A stretch of 64,000 nucleotides of DNA, taken from the NCBI RefSeq assembly GCF_009914755.1, contig NC_060936.1. One strand, written 5' to 3'. Origin of the DNA: the human T2T-CHM13v2.0 reference genome, Homo sapiens. A model generated the notes under the pieces. The model searched no databases and was not told the origin of the DNA. It saw nothing but the letters and a program-made list of their open reading frames with translations. This document shows positions 9,913-23,900 of this stretch, in pieces. The position numbers and the translations under genes are program-made. Within the stretch, counting starts at the first letter, position 1, and every line of letters begins with the position of its first letter.

Positions 9913-12765
9913 GCAGCAATTGGATCCAGGTCTAAGAACCAGAGGGTTGAGTGGACCCAGCCAGAAATAAGATCTGTTGTTCTTATTCCCATTTTACAGA
10001 GAAGGAAGCAGAAGTTCAGAAAGGCTGTTATTCAGCCAAGGTTATGCAGCCAGGAAGGGATGGAGCCCCTTGAACCTAGGTCAACTGACTCTTCCCAGGT
10101 CAAGTGCTGGACTCTTCATTCTAACCACTCCCCTCTCCCAGCACATCCCTAGCTGACAGCTGGAGTCGGGCATGAGTAAAGGAAGACACAGAGGAGGTAC
10201 ATGGATGGCTCAATCCACTACCAGGTCGGGACTCAACTCCACTACCAGGGCAGGACCCACAAAATACTGTTTTAGGAAGTGTGAGCACAGAGAAAACAGG
10301 AGAAGACCCACACAGAGTACCTGCTATGTGCCAAGAACTTTTATTCTTTCTTGTTATTTAGTCTTCCTTGGGACTTTTCCAGGCAGGTGTTATTCCTTTT
10401 GTGTTAAGAAATAGAGAGACTGAGGCTCAGAGAAAGAAGCATCATTCTTGCTGGATATTCTCTGGGCCCTATGGGAACCATGAATGAGATGCAGGCTCTG
10501 AAGCCACAGCAGTCTGGTGTGAAGACAGACACAAATATATCCACTGAGCCTCCGCTGTGCAGACAACTTAAGTGGCACTTTAAACAAGCCCCATAACAAT
10601 CTTGCTGAGTATTTTTCCAGTCTATGGAAGAACAAACATATTCTGAGGAGTTTGCAAGTTTGCAAGATCTTGGAGGCAGTGATCACATGCAGGGTTCATA
10701 CCTAACCCCGGACACTTATGAGCTGTGTGGCTTTGGGCAAGTGATTTCTCTTCCCTGAATCTCAGTTTTCTTACCAATAAATGGGATTTCTCACCTCACA
10801 GAGTGTATATAAGAACTAGAAGCATCAGAAATGTGGAGCATTTAGCTTGGTATTGGCACATAGTAAGCCCTCAATAAATACTAGTGATTGCATTATTGCC
10901 TAGAGGTGCACAGCTGATAAGCAGGATTTAAAACCAAGGCTCTGATACCCCAGAGCCCATGCACTTTTTTCTGCGGCTCATGATCTCCCCATCTTGTCAA
11001 ATGGGCTCCAAACCAGATATTTCAGCTTCACAAGGCTGCTAATCAATGCTTTATTATAAATAACTCCAACCTTCCTGCACATAAATTCATTACTGATCCT
11101 TCCCAGCTTAAGGTTATATTTTATTACATAAAAGTCATCTTTTGCTTTTATTAAATAAAAGCCACTTGGAAAATTCCATTGAGGGCTTTGCACTCAGAGG
11201 GCTCACAATCAAAGCTTGGGTGTTATCCCACTCTATGCTGGGACAATATTTCAGAAGTGCCCACCAAGGGGTCTCCAAGGGTTTTCTATGGCACTGGAAT
11301 GCAGAGAGAAGATGGGGACACTGGAGCTGGCCTCCCATGACTGGAGGTAACCTGACAGGTGTGCATGACAGTAGTGGGGAATGCACATTGAGCTCTTGTG
11401 TATGCCAGGGACCATGTTAAGCCCTCAGTCCAGATGGTCTCACTTTAACCCCATAAGGGGCTACAGCAGGGCTCAGAGAGATCAGGACCCATGCCCAAGC
11501 ATGCAGGCAGGGGCTGGAAGAGCTGGGATTTGAACCACATCTGCAAAGCCTGAGCTCTTAACTGTCACTCCACACTGCCCCTGAGACCATGATCTGCTCA
11601 GATTGATGACCATCACCAACCTTCCTTTTGGAAGAAATGACCAAGTTGACATTCCCTGTGCCAAACGGTGCAGGCACCAGGGATGAGGACATGGCCTTAC
11701 TAGGGTCCCTTCCCAAAAGGAGCTCACAGGTATGAGACAAAGAGACAGTGTTGAGGCTGGGGCAAGACTAGAATGCCCCAAGAAGCCCAGAGGAGGGGCT
11801 GTTACCCAGCCTGGGAGTCTGAAGCTTCCTGGGGCCAATGGCATCTGAGTTGAGTTTTAAGGACAAGTATGAGTTAAGAAGGTGGAAGGCAGAGAAAGGA
11901 GGAAGGGCACGCCGGGCATCTCCCCATCTCTGACCTTCCCCTCCCTCATTGACAGTGGGCTGGGTGTGTGAGTCCCGAGAGGAGGTCGAGGAGGATCTGG
12001 GACTCAGGACTGAGTGCTTCGCACAGCATCTGCAGAGATGCAGCCTGAAGCAGATGACATCATGTCGGGCTCTCTGGCTGGGCTGGGAGCAGCTTGGGGT
12101 CAGAGGCCATGTTTTTTCATCTTAGAGCTGGGGCCAGGCTGGGCTGGCACAGAATGATGCTGACATCCTCTGGGCATGTCCCTCCTTCCACCCCTAACTC
12201 CTCATCCTTCCAGGAATTGAGTGGATTCGTGTCCCCTGTTGGTGCATCGCCCCCACCCCAAGACGCCTCTCTCTCTGGAAGCGTAAGGGAGGCACAAGTC
12301 ACAGGTTTGCTTTGAGCCTCTGCTCTGTCCTAACACACATCCCTCCTGTCCTGAGCACATTTCTGCTACCAAACCAAGCGGAAGAGCAGACTCTTGGGCC
12401 CAGCCAGACTGCCTGCATCCACATCCTGGATCTGCAGGAACTCCCCTGTGACCTTGGGCAAGTCAGTTACCTTCTTTGCAACTCAGTTGTCTTATCTGTA
12501 AAATGGGCTTGATAATAATAGCTCCTGCCTCATAAGAAGATGGTTGTGAGGATTAAGTGCTTGGAACAGGTCCCCTTATGGGGTAAGCACTATATTGTTG
12601 TTATTGGCATTGTTATTATTTCTCAGGCTTCCACTCTTAACTCCCTTCTAAAATGGTCTTTGCCTGGGAAGGTGGGATGAGGCTAGGAAGCCAGAGGACC
12701 AGTGAGTTCCTGGCCACTTGTCTCTCCAGCTGTGGGATCAAGGGCAGGTCAGAAAGGGACACAGA

Positions 12766-13058
12766 GGCCAGGCACGGTGGCTCATGCCTGTAATCCCAGC
12801 ACTTCAGGTGGCTGAGGTGGGAGGATTACTTGAGGCCAGGAGTTTGAGACCAGCCTGGGCAACATGGTGAAACCCGGTCTCTACTAAAAATACAAAAATT
12901 AGCCAGGCATGGCAACACGTGCCTGTAATCCCAGCTACTCAGGAGGCTGAGGCAGGGGAATTGCTTGAACCCAGGAGCGGAGGTTGCAGTGAGCCAAGAT
13001 CAGGCCATTGCACTCCAGCCTGGACCACAGGGTGAGACTGTCTTCAAAAAAAAAAAAA
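12766..13058 (+). mobile_element. AluS (Sx/Sz-like)
   Basis: Full-length Alu with poly-A and TSD agggacacag. Confidence 0.92.
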
Positions 13059-13280
13059 GAGGGACACAGGTAAGGATTTTGCTTCTCTAAGCTCCAATGT
13101 CCTCTCCTCTCAAGTGGGGGTAAGAACACCTTCCTCGTGTTGTTGGGAGAATCATGTGAAATGACAATGAAGCCTTTGCCAATTGTGAATTATAAAGAGC
13201 TGTAAAATTCTAGTTACCCAAATTCCTTAAATCCTCCACAACCAGGAAGCTTATGAAAAAAATATGCGTCACTATATATA

Positions 13281-13723
13281 CCGCTGACCCTTGAACAATA
13301 CAGGTTTTAACTGCGTGGGTCCACTTATTTGTGAATTTTCTTCTGCCTCTGCCACCCCTGAGACAGCAAAACCAACCCCTCCTCTTCCTGTTCCTCAGCC
13401 TACTCAACATGAAAACAATGAGGATGAAGACCTTTGTGGTGACCCACTTCCACTTAATAAATAGTAAATATATTCTCTCTTCCTTATGATTTTCTTAATA
13501 ACATTTTCTTTTTCTCTAGCTTACTTGATTGTATGAGTACAGAATATAATACATATAACATAAAAAAATACGTGTCAATTGGCTGCATATGTTATTAACA
13601 AGACTTCTGGTCAACAGGAGGCTGTCAGTAGTTAAATTTTGGGGGAGTCAAAAGTTATATGTGGATTTTTGACTGTACAGTGAGTTGGCTCCCCTAACCC
13701 CTGACTTGTTCAAGGGTCCAGTG
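13281..13723 (+). mobile_element. Tigger2a/MER28 DNA transposon (TcMar-Tigger)
   Basis: TIRs ccgctgacccttgaacaa / ttgttcaagggtccagtg; TA on both sides. Confidence 0.85.
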
Positions 13724-15734
13724 TACATAATATGTACATACATATAGTTAACGTTTGCTTGATCTCTCACTGTATGTGCTTTGCAAGACTCCATAATAGC
13801 CCTGTAAAAATAACTCCTATTTGCAGATGAGAAAACTGAGGTTCAGAGAGGTGGATACACTTGCCTGAGGCCACACAGCAGGGAGCTCTGACTCCAGAAT
13901 CTGACTTCCAAGGATCCCAAGTGAAAAGGCTGTTGGGTTCCTCCTGTTTCCCTGAGGGATTATCAGCTCTCATCCCAACCACTCTGACCTCCGTAAGCCT
14001 CAACCTTCAATCCTGATAGCCCAAACCTTTGTCACATTCCTGGTCCTGCCACAGAGCTGCCTTCTCTGAGCCACCTTCATAGATTTCCCTTCATCTCCTC
14101 CTCAAGGCCTCTGCAGTCAGTTACCACATGAAAATCACACCTGCAATGCTATGTAATTCCTAGTCAATGATGTTGCTCCCTGACTCCCTTGGGATACCCT
14201 TTATGAAGCTCTGTGCTCAGTGAGAAATACTCTGGAGGATTCAGGGTAAGGAACAATGTTGCTTCTCTTGAGGAACTGGGTTGCTTTCTCGTTCTTGATC
14301 ATCCATGTTCTACAACTGATCACATTTCCCTTTTTGATGTGACCACAAGGAAGCTCAGAGTCATGTTTGTTGGTCAAAGGCACAAAAACCTCTAGTCTGC
14401 AGGTTTCTGCACTGGTTTTGCTTGGTCCTTATGTCTACATCGAATTATACTTTATATTGGTTTTACTTCCTTGTAATAACTAATAATTGATTGGGTGCAC
14501 ATAAGAGTCCAAACACTGTATCAAGCACTTTCATTGCATCAGCTCATGCATCTCCAACAACCTCCAGGAGTGGTACTGCTATCACTCCCATTGTAAAGGG
14601 AGGAAGTGATGCTAATGTCACAGAGTTCAGCCAGTGACAGATCCACATCTGGGTTTGCTCTGACTATGAGTCTTGCTCTTCACCACACTGCTTACTGGAA
14701 AGGAGAACACATTTACCGATGTCTGTTCACACCTTTCCTGATACACCAGGCCGTCCAGCTCCACCCTACAGGGACACCCTCCTTGTTGCTCCACTTTTCC
14801 TAGCCCCTCAGGGAATTTACCCTCCCAGTTTTCAGGACAATCTAGCTGAGGTCTGGGACACACACACGGGGGTTACTCACCAGAGACCACATCATTCATC
14901 ACAGCCCATAGAGGCAGGCCGGCCTGACACCTGTCTGCCTCCCTTTCCACCCTCAGCTGCCCAGAGAACCCAGGGGAAGCCCATTCTCCAGGCCCAGCAC
15001 CAAGATTCTGCCTGAGACCCTGAACTCACACTGGATTTGGCCCCAGGGCAAAAGCCACTCCGCTCTTATCCCCCTGAGTCAGAACTCCCTAAGCCAGTCA
15101 TACTGGTCCATTCCCTGGGACGGTCCCAGGAGGGCTCCAGAAGGGAATGCCAGGGAGGAGATGGCAGCACAAGGTCCACGTGTGGGCGGCAGGAGACCTG
15201 CTGTGTCACCTGAACAAGCTGCTTCTCCTGTCAGGGCCTCAGATGTGCAATCTGCAAAATGAGGATGATAACAATACCCACCCCGCATGCTGTGCAGGAC
15301 TAGAATAGCTAAAGTGACAGGAATTTGTGTTTGGAGTCAGGACTGGGCAGCAGACGGTCTGGAGAACACTTTGGGCTCTGGGATGCCCTGCATATGCCTG
15401 CACCAGGTGCTCCTCCCAGCTCATCAGTCTTGGCAAGAATGTCAGAGAAAGACCCAGAAGGTCAAGGCCCCAGAGGTCTGAGAGCTGTGCTTTGTGGGAG
15501 AGGCATGAACTGGAACAACTGAAACTTCTCTTGACCAACACATTTGCTAGGTGGCAGTCTCTAAAAATCAAAATCACTTTTTTTTCAGTGTAGGAGTTTC
15601 TACTCCCTTTTAAATTCCTTCCCTAAGTCAACCTCATCCCTAGCAACCAGGTTCAGGCATCCTTTCTAGGAAGCATCCCCTCTCCTTCCTGTAGTAAGTG
15701 GAAGGATGCCCTCTGCATTCCACCCCCTGCCCCC

Positions 15735-16146
15735 AAATGGTGCATCCACTAGAACCTGTCAGTGTTACTTTGTTTGGGAAAAGGGTCTTTGCAGCTGAGA
15801 TTAAGGTAAGGATCTCATGATGAGATCATCCGGGATTAGAGTAGGCCCCAGATTGCAGTCACCGTATAAGAGGAAAAGCAGGGGGAAGATTTCACATGGA
15901 CACAGAACAGAAGGCCATGTGGGGATGGAGGCAGAGATAGGAGGGATGCTGCCCCAAGCCAAAGAACATCTGGAGCCACCAGAAGCTGGCAGAGGCAAGG
16001 AAGTATCCTCCCCTGGAGCCTTCAGAGGGAGCACGACCCTTGATTTCAGAGTTCTGGCCTCCAGAACCATGAGAGAATAAATTCCTGTTGTTTTAAGCCA
16101 CTCAGTTTGTGACAGTTTGTTATGGCAGCGCTGGAAAACAAATACA
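15735..16146 (+). mobile_element. MLT1C-like MaLR LTR
   Basis: aaaagggtctttgcag...ccaccagaagctggcagaggcaaggaa...gttttaagccactcagtttgtg...aataca. Confidence 0.85.
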
Positions 16147-16359
16147 CTCCCCATTCTGGCTCCTACAGCGTCCTGCTCACCCATGTGGGGCACATGGCAT
16201 TTATGTGATTATTGCTGGCATATGCATCTGATTAGATAACAAGTTATCTGAGGACAAGAATTGGGTCTTATTCAGCTCCATTTCCTCAGACTGGAGCAGA
16301 ATCCAGGCACCAGACAGGTCCTCTGGATATTGGGCTTTGTTCGGTTTCGTTTTGTTTCT

Positions 16360-16545
16360 CTTACACTATGGACCAGGGCGCCATGTGGCTTGAGCTTACT
16401 CACAGCATGGCAGCTTCAGGAGAGTGGGCTTGTTGCCTGGCAGCCCTGGGCTCCAGGAGCAGGTGCGCCAGGGAACACGGCCTTTTACAAGCTAACCTTG
16501 GGGGTTAGTGCTTAGAAATCACATTGGGGTCACTTCTGCCTTACT
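16360..16545 (-). mobile_element. Old MLT1 (J/K-like) LTR fragment
   Basis: ttactcacagcatggcagc...gtcacttctgcc. Confidence 0.45.
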
Positions 16546-16549
16546 CCTT

Positions 16550-16680
16550 TTATAACTCTATTTTGAAATAATTACAGACTCACAAGCAATTGCAAAAGTA
16601 GTACAGAGAAGTTCCATGTACCTATCACCTAATTTCCCCAATAGTAATATCTTACGTAACTCTAGTGCATTACCCAGAAT
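16550..16680 (-). mobile_element. L1M 3' fragment followed by (GAAT)n
   Basis: attttgaaataattacagactcacaagcaattgcaaaagtagtacagag. Confidence 0.6.
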
Positions 16681-17219
16681 ATTGTTTGATGAATGAATGA
16701 ATGAATGAATGAATGCTTGTTTTTCTGTCTCACTGGATCTGTCTGGATATTAGAAATAATAACAGTGACATTGTTGATGCCATAGAACATAGAACAACAC
16801 AACAAAGGGATTAAGGGCCCAGGATATTGCTTCCCATCCATCAGGGCTGGACTATTGCTCCATGACCTGTGAGCTGTGCGACCCTGGGCACATTACTTAG
16901 CCCTCTCTACAGCCTCCATTTCAATATTGGTGCAATGGGGATAATCCAAGGACCCACCTCCTAGGGCTGTTGTGAGAATTGAATAAGTGGCATTGGTGAA
17001 GCATTTGCAGCACTGCCTAGCATAAGAAAGTTCACCATTAATCATTAATAAAGTACTTCCTTTGTGCTGGACAATGAGCCAAGGAGTTTATCCCATCTCG
17101 CCCAATCCTCATGATCACCCTACAGGGTCGGGACACAATTATACGCATTTTCAGACAGGGAGGGACACAGAGGCTCAGGGGGTGAAAAAAGCCCTACGAA
17201 GCACGTTCCATCACTGTAG

Positions 17220-17593
<374 letters not shown>

Positions 17594-18204
17594 GCGTCCA
17601 CCCAAGTTTTCTATCAGTACCTGGTTCTGATTCTCACTCTGTCTAGTTCCCCAGGCCTCTCCCTCTGCTGCAGACCATGTCTTACCTGAAAATGCCACCC
17701 AGGCCACCCACACAAAAAAGCCCTACTATGTAACATGTGTTCATCCTCCACCAGCCCCCAGCTCAGTGCCTGGCACATAGTAGGCACATAATAAGCACAT
17801 GCTTTACTATTGCTGACATCATAATTTATTAAGCACCTACTATGTGGCAGGAGCCAAGCCCATTAGAAATGTCGTCACAGACTTTTTCCAAAACAACCTT
17901 GCAAAGGGGGTGTATCCTTCCCCCATTTTACAGACGAGGAGACTGAGGCTTTGGAAACATACAGAGCTTAATGCCCATGTCGTTGTTGTGTTATTGTTAT
18001 TAGTGTTGCTATTTGTGGCTCCACTCAATTGCTCATCTTGTGTTTGGGAATCCAGCCTCCACCTCTCTGCCCTGAAGCTTAGCTCATGTGGGAGCCCAGA
18101 TCCCACCATTATAATGGGCTACACACACATACACACACAGGCATGTGTGCTCACACAGACACACACATCAGAATGCACACACACACACTTCCTGCCTCCA
18201 ACGG

Positions 18205-18610
18205 AGGAAGATATTTACAATCTCCAAACCCAAAAAGGATTGCTATCTAGCGTACTCAAGGAGCCCCTTCCTGCAAATCCAAAAAACAGCGACCCTGACA
18301 GGACAATGGGCAAATGATAGGAACAGGCAATTGACAGGAGGGAAACCCCCAAACCCAGGCATATGACAAATTGAAGATCAAAGAAATGCACATGAAAACC
18401 ACAACCAGATGACATTCTACACCTTCTAGACTGTGGCAAGAACTAGAAAGCTGGACGCTTCCCAGGTTGGCCGGGTGGGAGCACAGGCACCTCATGCCAT
18501 GCTGCAGGTATCTGCGAACCCTCTGTGATGGCTCCTGAGTGAATATCCAGGCAGTGCCCCACCTCCCTGCAAGGAAACACACAGGGAGGTGTCCATGTGC
18601 ATCGTTTTTG
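18205..18610 (+). mobile_element. Degraded L1ME ORF2 3' region
   Basis: aatgggcaaatgataggaacaggcaatt, atcaaagaaatgcacatgaaaaccacaa. Confidence 0.6.
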
Positions 18611-18614
18611 GATA

Positions 18615-18915
18615 TGTCTTCTTTCCCCAGAAGCAAATCCTCAACTGACGATTCTGGCAAAAGTGATTTATTAAGGAAGCATTTCAGGAAAAACTGGTGA
18701 GGGAGTGAGGAAGTGGGAGGAGGCCAGGCAGGGGTGCAGCATCCCACAGCGTCCTACAGAGGTGGCCTTGGCTCACACCCATCAAGGACCCTGGGAACAG
18801 TGCAGGTCACATTCCAGGAGTATTTGCATGCCTCCGCCCTGTCCTGGAGTGTGCATTCCCAGCCACTCCCAGCCTCAGGTCAGTTCAACAAAGAGCCACA
18901 CAGGTGCTGGCTATC
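18615..18915 (-). mobile_element. ERVL LTR (LTR16/LTR33-like) remnant
   Basis: ttccccagaagcaaatcctc...gtgatttattaaggaag pattern. Confidence 0.45.
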
Positions 18916-20689
18916 AGGACCCTAATAGTGCTGTGGTACATTGAGAACATGTCTGCAAAGCGGCAACACACGTTTTGCAAGAATCCAGCCAAATAGCCAG
19001 ACGCACATTGAACACATTAGAATGGCTCCATGGGAGAGAGGGTGGGAGGGGTCACGGGACTGGGAAATAGGGCTACTGGGAAATGAGCACAGTGAAGAAA
19101 GAAAATACAAGCGCAGGGACTTCTGGGGGCCCCTGATGGAGAAGTGGAGGGATGGAGGGGTATAATTATGTCAACCCTCCCTCCTCTCCTGAGGTCCAGG
19201 AAACCCCAAAACAAACAAACAAACACTCCGATCCCTGCCTGGGGCTCATGCTTGGGTGGTGCCCAGCTCAGAGTCTTGGTTACTGAATCCCTGACCGAGC
19301 CACAGTGGCCAGGCAGGGGGCCAAACATGCAGCCCTCAGAGCTCCACCCGTTTTCCCCGTTAGGCGGGAATGAACTTGGACCGGCCAAAGGAAGTAACAA
19401 CGTCAGCCCAGCCAGGAGAGGCTGTGCAAAGAGTCCTGGGCCCTAGTCCTTCCTCGTCGAGCCCAGCCCCTGCTGGGGGTGGGATGGTCACCAGGCAGAC
19501 AGTTGTGTCCTGCCCACACCCCCGCTGCCGGACCCTTGCTGGGAAAGGGACAGGGCCTCAAGGTCACATCTGGCTTCTCCTGCCATGCAGAACAAAAGCC
19601 TCCAATGGACATTATTGGCTTAAGTTTTATTAAACAAATACACGTACAGTCCTCACTACAGTCCAGCCACTGTTGTAAGCACTGCTACTAATGAGAAAAC
19701 AGGCACAGAGAAGGTAACTAACGTGCCCAAGGTCACACAGAGAGCTCAGGTAAGTAAGGTAGGTCCAATTAGCCATTCTGAAGGAATGCTCAGAGACAGG
19801 CTTCAAGCCCAAACCCTGCTGAATTGACAAGCTCACTCTCTGTCCACTGCTTCGCCTCCTTGGAACATTCCACAAAACTCTGGCTTTTGCCCCAGTGGAA
19901 CCTCCCAAGGGCCCCCAGAAAATCAATCTGGCAAGATTCAGGGTGTGCATTTTACAGACGGAGCAAGGCAGGGCTCCGGGTCCCCTGCAATTTTCTCCCC
20001 CAGGTCCCTCTGCCTCTGGTTAATAGCCTGAATGTGAAATGCCTCCAATCTCGGTTACAGGAGAAGCCTTTGGAGGCGGGGATCATTCATTTATTCATCC
20101 ATCCTCCAAGGACATGTGGAGCCTTCTGCGCCCCAGAGCTGGTGTGGCTGCTGGGATGCAGCACACCGTGGGTGAGAGCACACCTTTTCTCTCTGCAGCC
20201 TCCCCCTAACCCTGCAAGGTCACTGGTATCAGTCCCACTTTACCAACGGGGATGTCTGAAGCTGAGGCAGGGGAGCAAGTAGCTTGCCTCACACCTGCCT
20301 GGTTGGTTGATCGATGACAGTGTTAAGCAGGGATTGCAGGGCTGGAGGACAGCAAGGTTGGGTGTTTACCCTCCAGCTCCTTCCCTGTAGGGTCTCCATG
20401 GGTCGACTTGGCCACAGCTATACTCTCCAGGCACCAAGAACCACTGCTCCCTCTTGCCCCTCAGCCTAGAGACAGTGAGTTCTCCTTGCCATTACCAGGA
20501 CTGGGATTCAAAACCCAAGTTCATATGGATCCAGGGCCTCACCTCCTCTGGCTGTTCCCCTGCCGGTGTGTGTCCTATGGGCTCAGTGTACAGCAGGGCC
20601 GGGGACCATCTGGGCAGCAGATATTTACCTTCTGCTTCCTTGATTAAACCCCTTTGCCCAATGGGTTCTTTACATCGCAAAGCACTGGC

Positions 20690-20915
20690 TCCTTTTCTGC
20701 CCTGGTCTCTCTGTCCTTTGTCTCTTTCCCTGCTTCCACCTCTGTCCTGTTCTTACTCTCCTCTGTCTCATATCTGACTTGTTCTTTCTGCCTCTCTCTC
20801 TCCCCCAGTCTCTGTGTTTGCCTCTCTTTGTTCCTGGCCCTCTCCGTCTCTTCCATCTCTCTGCAGTCTCCCTGTCTTCTCAGTCTCCACCTCCTCCTCT
20901 CTCTTCCCATGTTTT
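20690..20915. repeat. CT-rich low-complexity tract
   Basis: Visible directly. Confidence 0.75.
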
Positions 20916-23900
20916 CTCCACCTCCTGCACACCGGTCACGGGTCAGCCCTCCCCCTCTGACAGGCTCGGCTGCCCCTCACCTGCAACATTCCTCACCTGT
21001 GCGCCTAGCCAGCCCAAGCTTCCAGCAGCCACTCTGTCAATCTGCTGTCTCTTTCATCGCAGGCTACCACTAACCTCTTCCTGAAAGCAGGCCACAGGCC
21101 AAATGCAGGGGCTTTATCAGGGCCTGTGGGCGTAAGAGCCCATCAGGGAAACTGGAAACATTCCTCGCTCTGCAAATGACCATGTTTGGCCTGGCTCCTG
21201 TCCCCATCTTCTCCCCACATGACCCACCCTGACAGTCCAGCCAGATGGCTCAGACACCTCTCCTCCAATTCTGTCAGCCTCCAAAAGGAGCTGGGAGGCC
21301 CCTCGGAGGACCATCTCTTGTAGCAGGGGAAACTAAGGCCCAGAGAGTGCATGACCCTCTCTAAATCATAGAAAAGAGGGACTTGGTCTCTCTTGTTTAT
21401 GGTGTATCCCCAGAGCCTAGAACTGTGCCTGGGACTTCCATAACTTCTGCCTCAGTGTGATCCACATAGACTGTTCCATAGATTTGCAAATAGGGACTCA
21501 GAGAGGTGAAATGACTAGTCCAGATTCACACAGCCTTTAAGCATCAGCTCGGGATTTGAACCAAGGACTTTTTGACCCCAAAGCACAAGATCACAGCCTC
21601 AACCAGCAGCTGAAATGTAATGAGGCGGGCCAGTCACCACTCTTGCCCTCAAAAATGTCTCTCCTGAGCAGCATACCAGCCTCCCCCTGGCCTGGACGAC
21701 TGTAGGTGCTGATGTCTTTGCCTGCTGCCTTCTGGGCCAGTCCATTCACCAGATCTCCTACCCTCCAGGGCAGAGAGAAGGGGCCTCTCATCTCCCAAGG
21801 ATGGCTCCAGAGACACCTCCAGATCCCTGTATCCCCAGGCTCTGACAGACTCGGGAACCTGGAAACCACACAGTGTCTGCAGATGTTCCAGCCACAGGCC
21901 TGGCTGCCAGCCCCAGGACAGAATTAGCTCCGTGTCAGGAGAGAATTTCCTCCCTGGTCCCACGCCCACATGTGGGAGCTCGCACTGAGTCACTGCAGCA
22001 GAGCAGAGCGGCACGGGCTGCCTAACAGACTGTCCCATTTTCTTTCGGGTTTGGAAGGGGCCACGACGGAGCTTAGGACTCCATAAGAATGGGCAAAAAC
22101 AAGGAGCTTATGCCCCTGAACCCAGACAGCCCACCTGCTTAGAGGCCAGGAAAAGCAGCTGATGAGCTCACCGACTCAGGGAGACCCCCCCACCCAAAAT
22201 ATTCACGCCACTGCCTGGCATCCTCCCATTAGAACACTACTCCTTGAGCCTTAAAAGCGTTTCCTTCCTCTCCGGGGATCTCTGTCTCCAGATCCCTGTC
22301 TGTTCTGTGCCCTACAGGCTGACCTGCTTGAAAATCTCAATAGGCTGTTTGCCCTCTGACCTCTGGTTTGATCCACAACTGCAGGCGTGGAGCGTGCGGT
22401 TGGGTACAAACCCTCCAGCTCCCTCCTTGTCAGAGGTGTGCGGGTTGGCCACAGCCACACTCCTTGGGTGCCTTAACTACTTCCTGCTCTAGCCCCTCAG
22501 TCTAGGAACAGTGAGTTCTCGCCTTCACTGGACCCGGAGCGTGGTAGGGATCCCTTGTACTGTCTACCCTTTTGTCAGTCCTCCCCTGACTAAGTTCTCG
22601 TTAATCACCTCATTTGAGTGGGTTGTCCATCTCCTGCCAACACTCTGACTCAGAAACCAGACTCTCCACACTTTCCCCTCCCTCCCTACCCACACATCTA
22701 TCAACAAGTTCTTCCCATTTTGTCCTCCCAACAACTCACAGCTGTGAGCATCACCTCTGCTTACCTATGTGGCTACCAGGGGCTCCTAACTGGTTAGAAA
22801 CCTATCTACCTAGTACACAGACCATTTTATTCCTAGTAGACAAATCTTTTCAAGAAGCAAACCACATCATGTCACTCCTTGCTGAAAACCTCTTAGCACC
22901 TCCTTGTTCTTAGAATCAAGACCAATGCCTTACTATGGCCTGAGCAATCTAGACCCTGCCTACCTGAGGACTGAGCTGAGGCTCGAGCCCAGACCCAGAC
23001 GGAACCAAGTTCCATGAGAACACGCCCTTGCAAACTCAGCCTCATTATTTTATTGGACACCTAGCTGCCCTTGTAACCATCTCCCCAGCAGCCATTCCTA
23101 GTCACAGAAGGTCCCCAGCAAGAGCATTTGATGGACATCTGTCCTTCCAGGCCAGGAAGCCCCTGTAGCCCCCAATAATGGGTCCCGTACACAAGCCTTA
23201 AGTATCTTCCCAGCCATCCAGCTTGTGCCTCTCCCCATAAACACCGCCCCAGCCCCTGGAGCTGGCCTGTAAACAAATTTTCTCCCCTGCGCATATCCCA
23301 CTGGACTGGGAGGTCCAGCACCATATTTAGTTAATCCCCTGACGTCAGCCTTGGGTCCACTCTTGCAAATAATCCCCAAGCTATGAACACATTGTAGCCA
23401 AAGGGTGGCTGGTGCTGGGGATGCTTACAGCTTGCTCAGGATGTGGTCAAGAAGGCAGCTGGGGTGAGTGACTTCTGCCCATGCTGGGAGCCAGCCTGTG
23501 GCACGCACTTGGTGTGCTGTTCTGAGTGTGGGCTTGGAATCTCGACTCTGGGAGGCGGCGGAGGCCCCACATGCCTCCAGAAGCGCCCCCTGAGAAGTCA
23601 CTCTTCTCTTACAACCAGGTCAGCACAGCTCACCCTCTGCCCTTGCTTCTCTTCTCTGGCACCCTGAGATACCTGCAAAGTGGCAACTCAAGAAACTTAC
23701 CCAGCCACAGGGTCCCAATCTGCCAGCGGGTGGGGAGAAGGGCAAGGAGGTGGAGAACCCAGACTCATCCGCTCTGGAGCCCTTGTGTTTGAGTCCCATG
23801 CCTCGCTCCTTCCTTTCTGTTGCTCTGGTGAGCTGGATAAGGAAGCCATGGCTTCTGCCATTCCCAGCTTCAGCTCAGCCTCCCACCTCCCCAGCATCCC

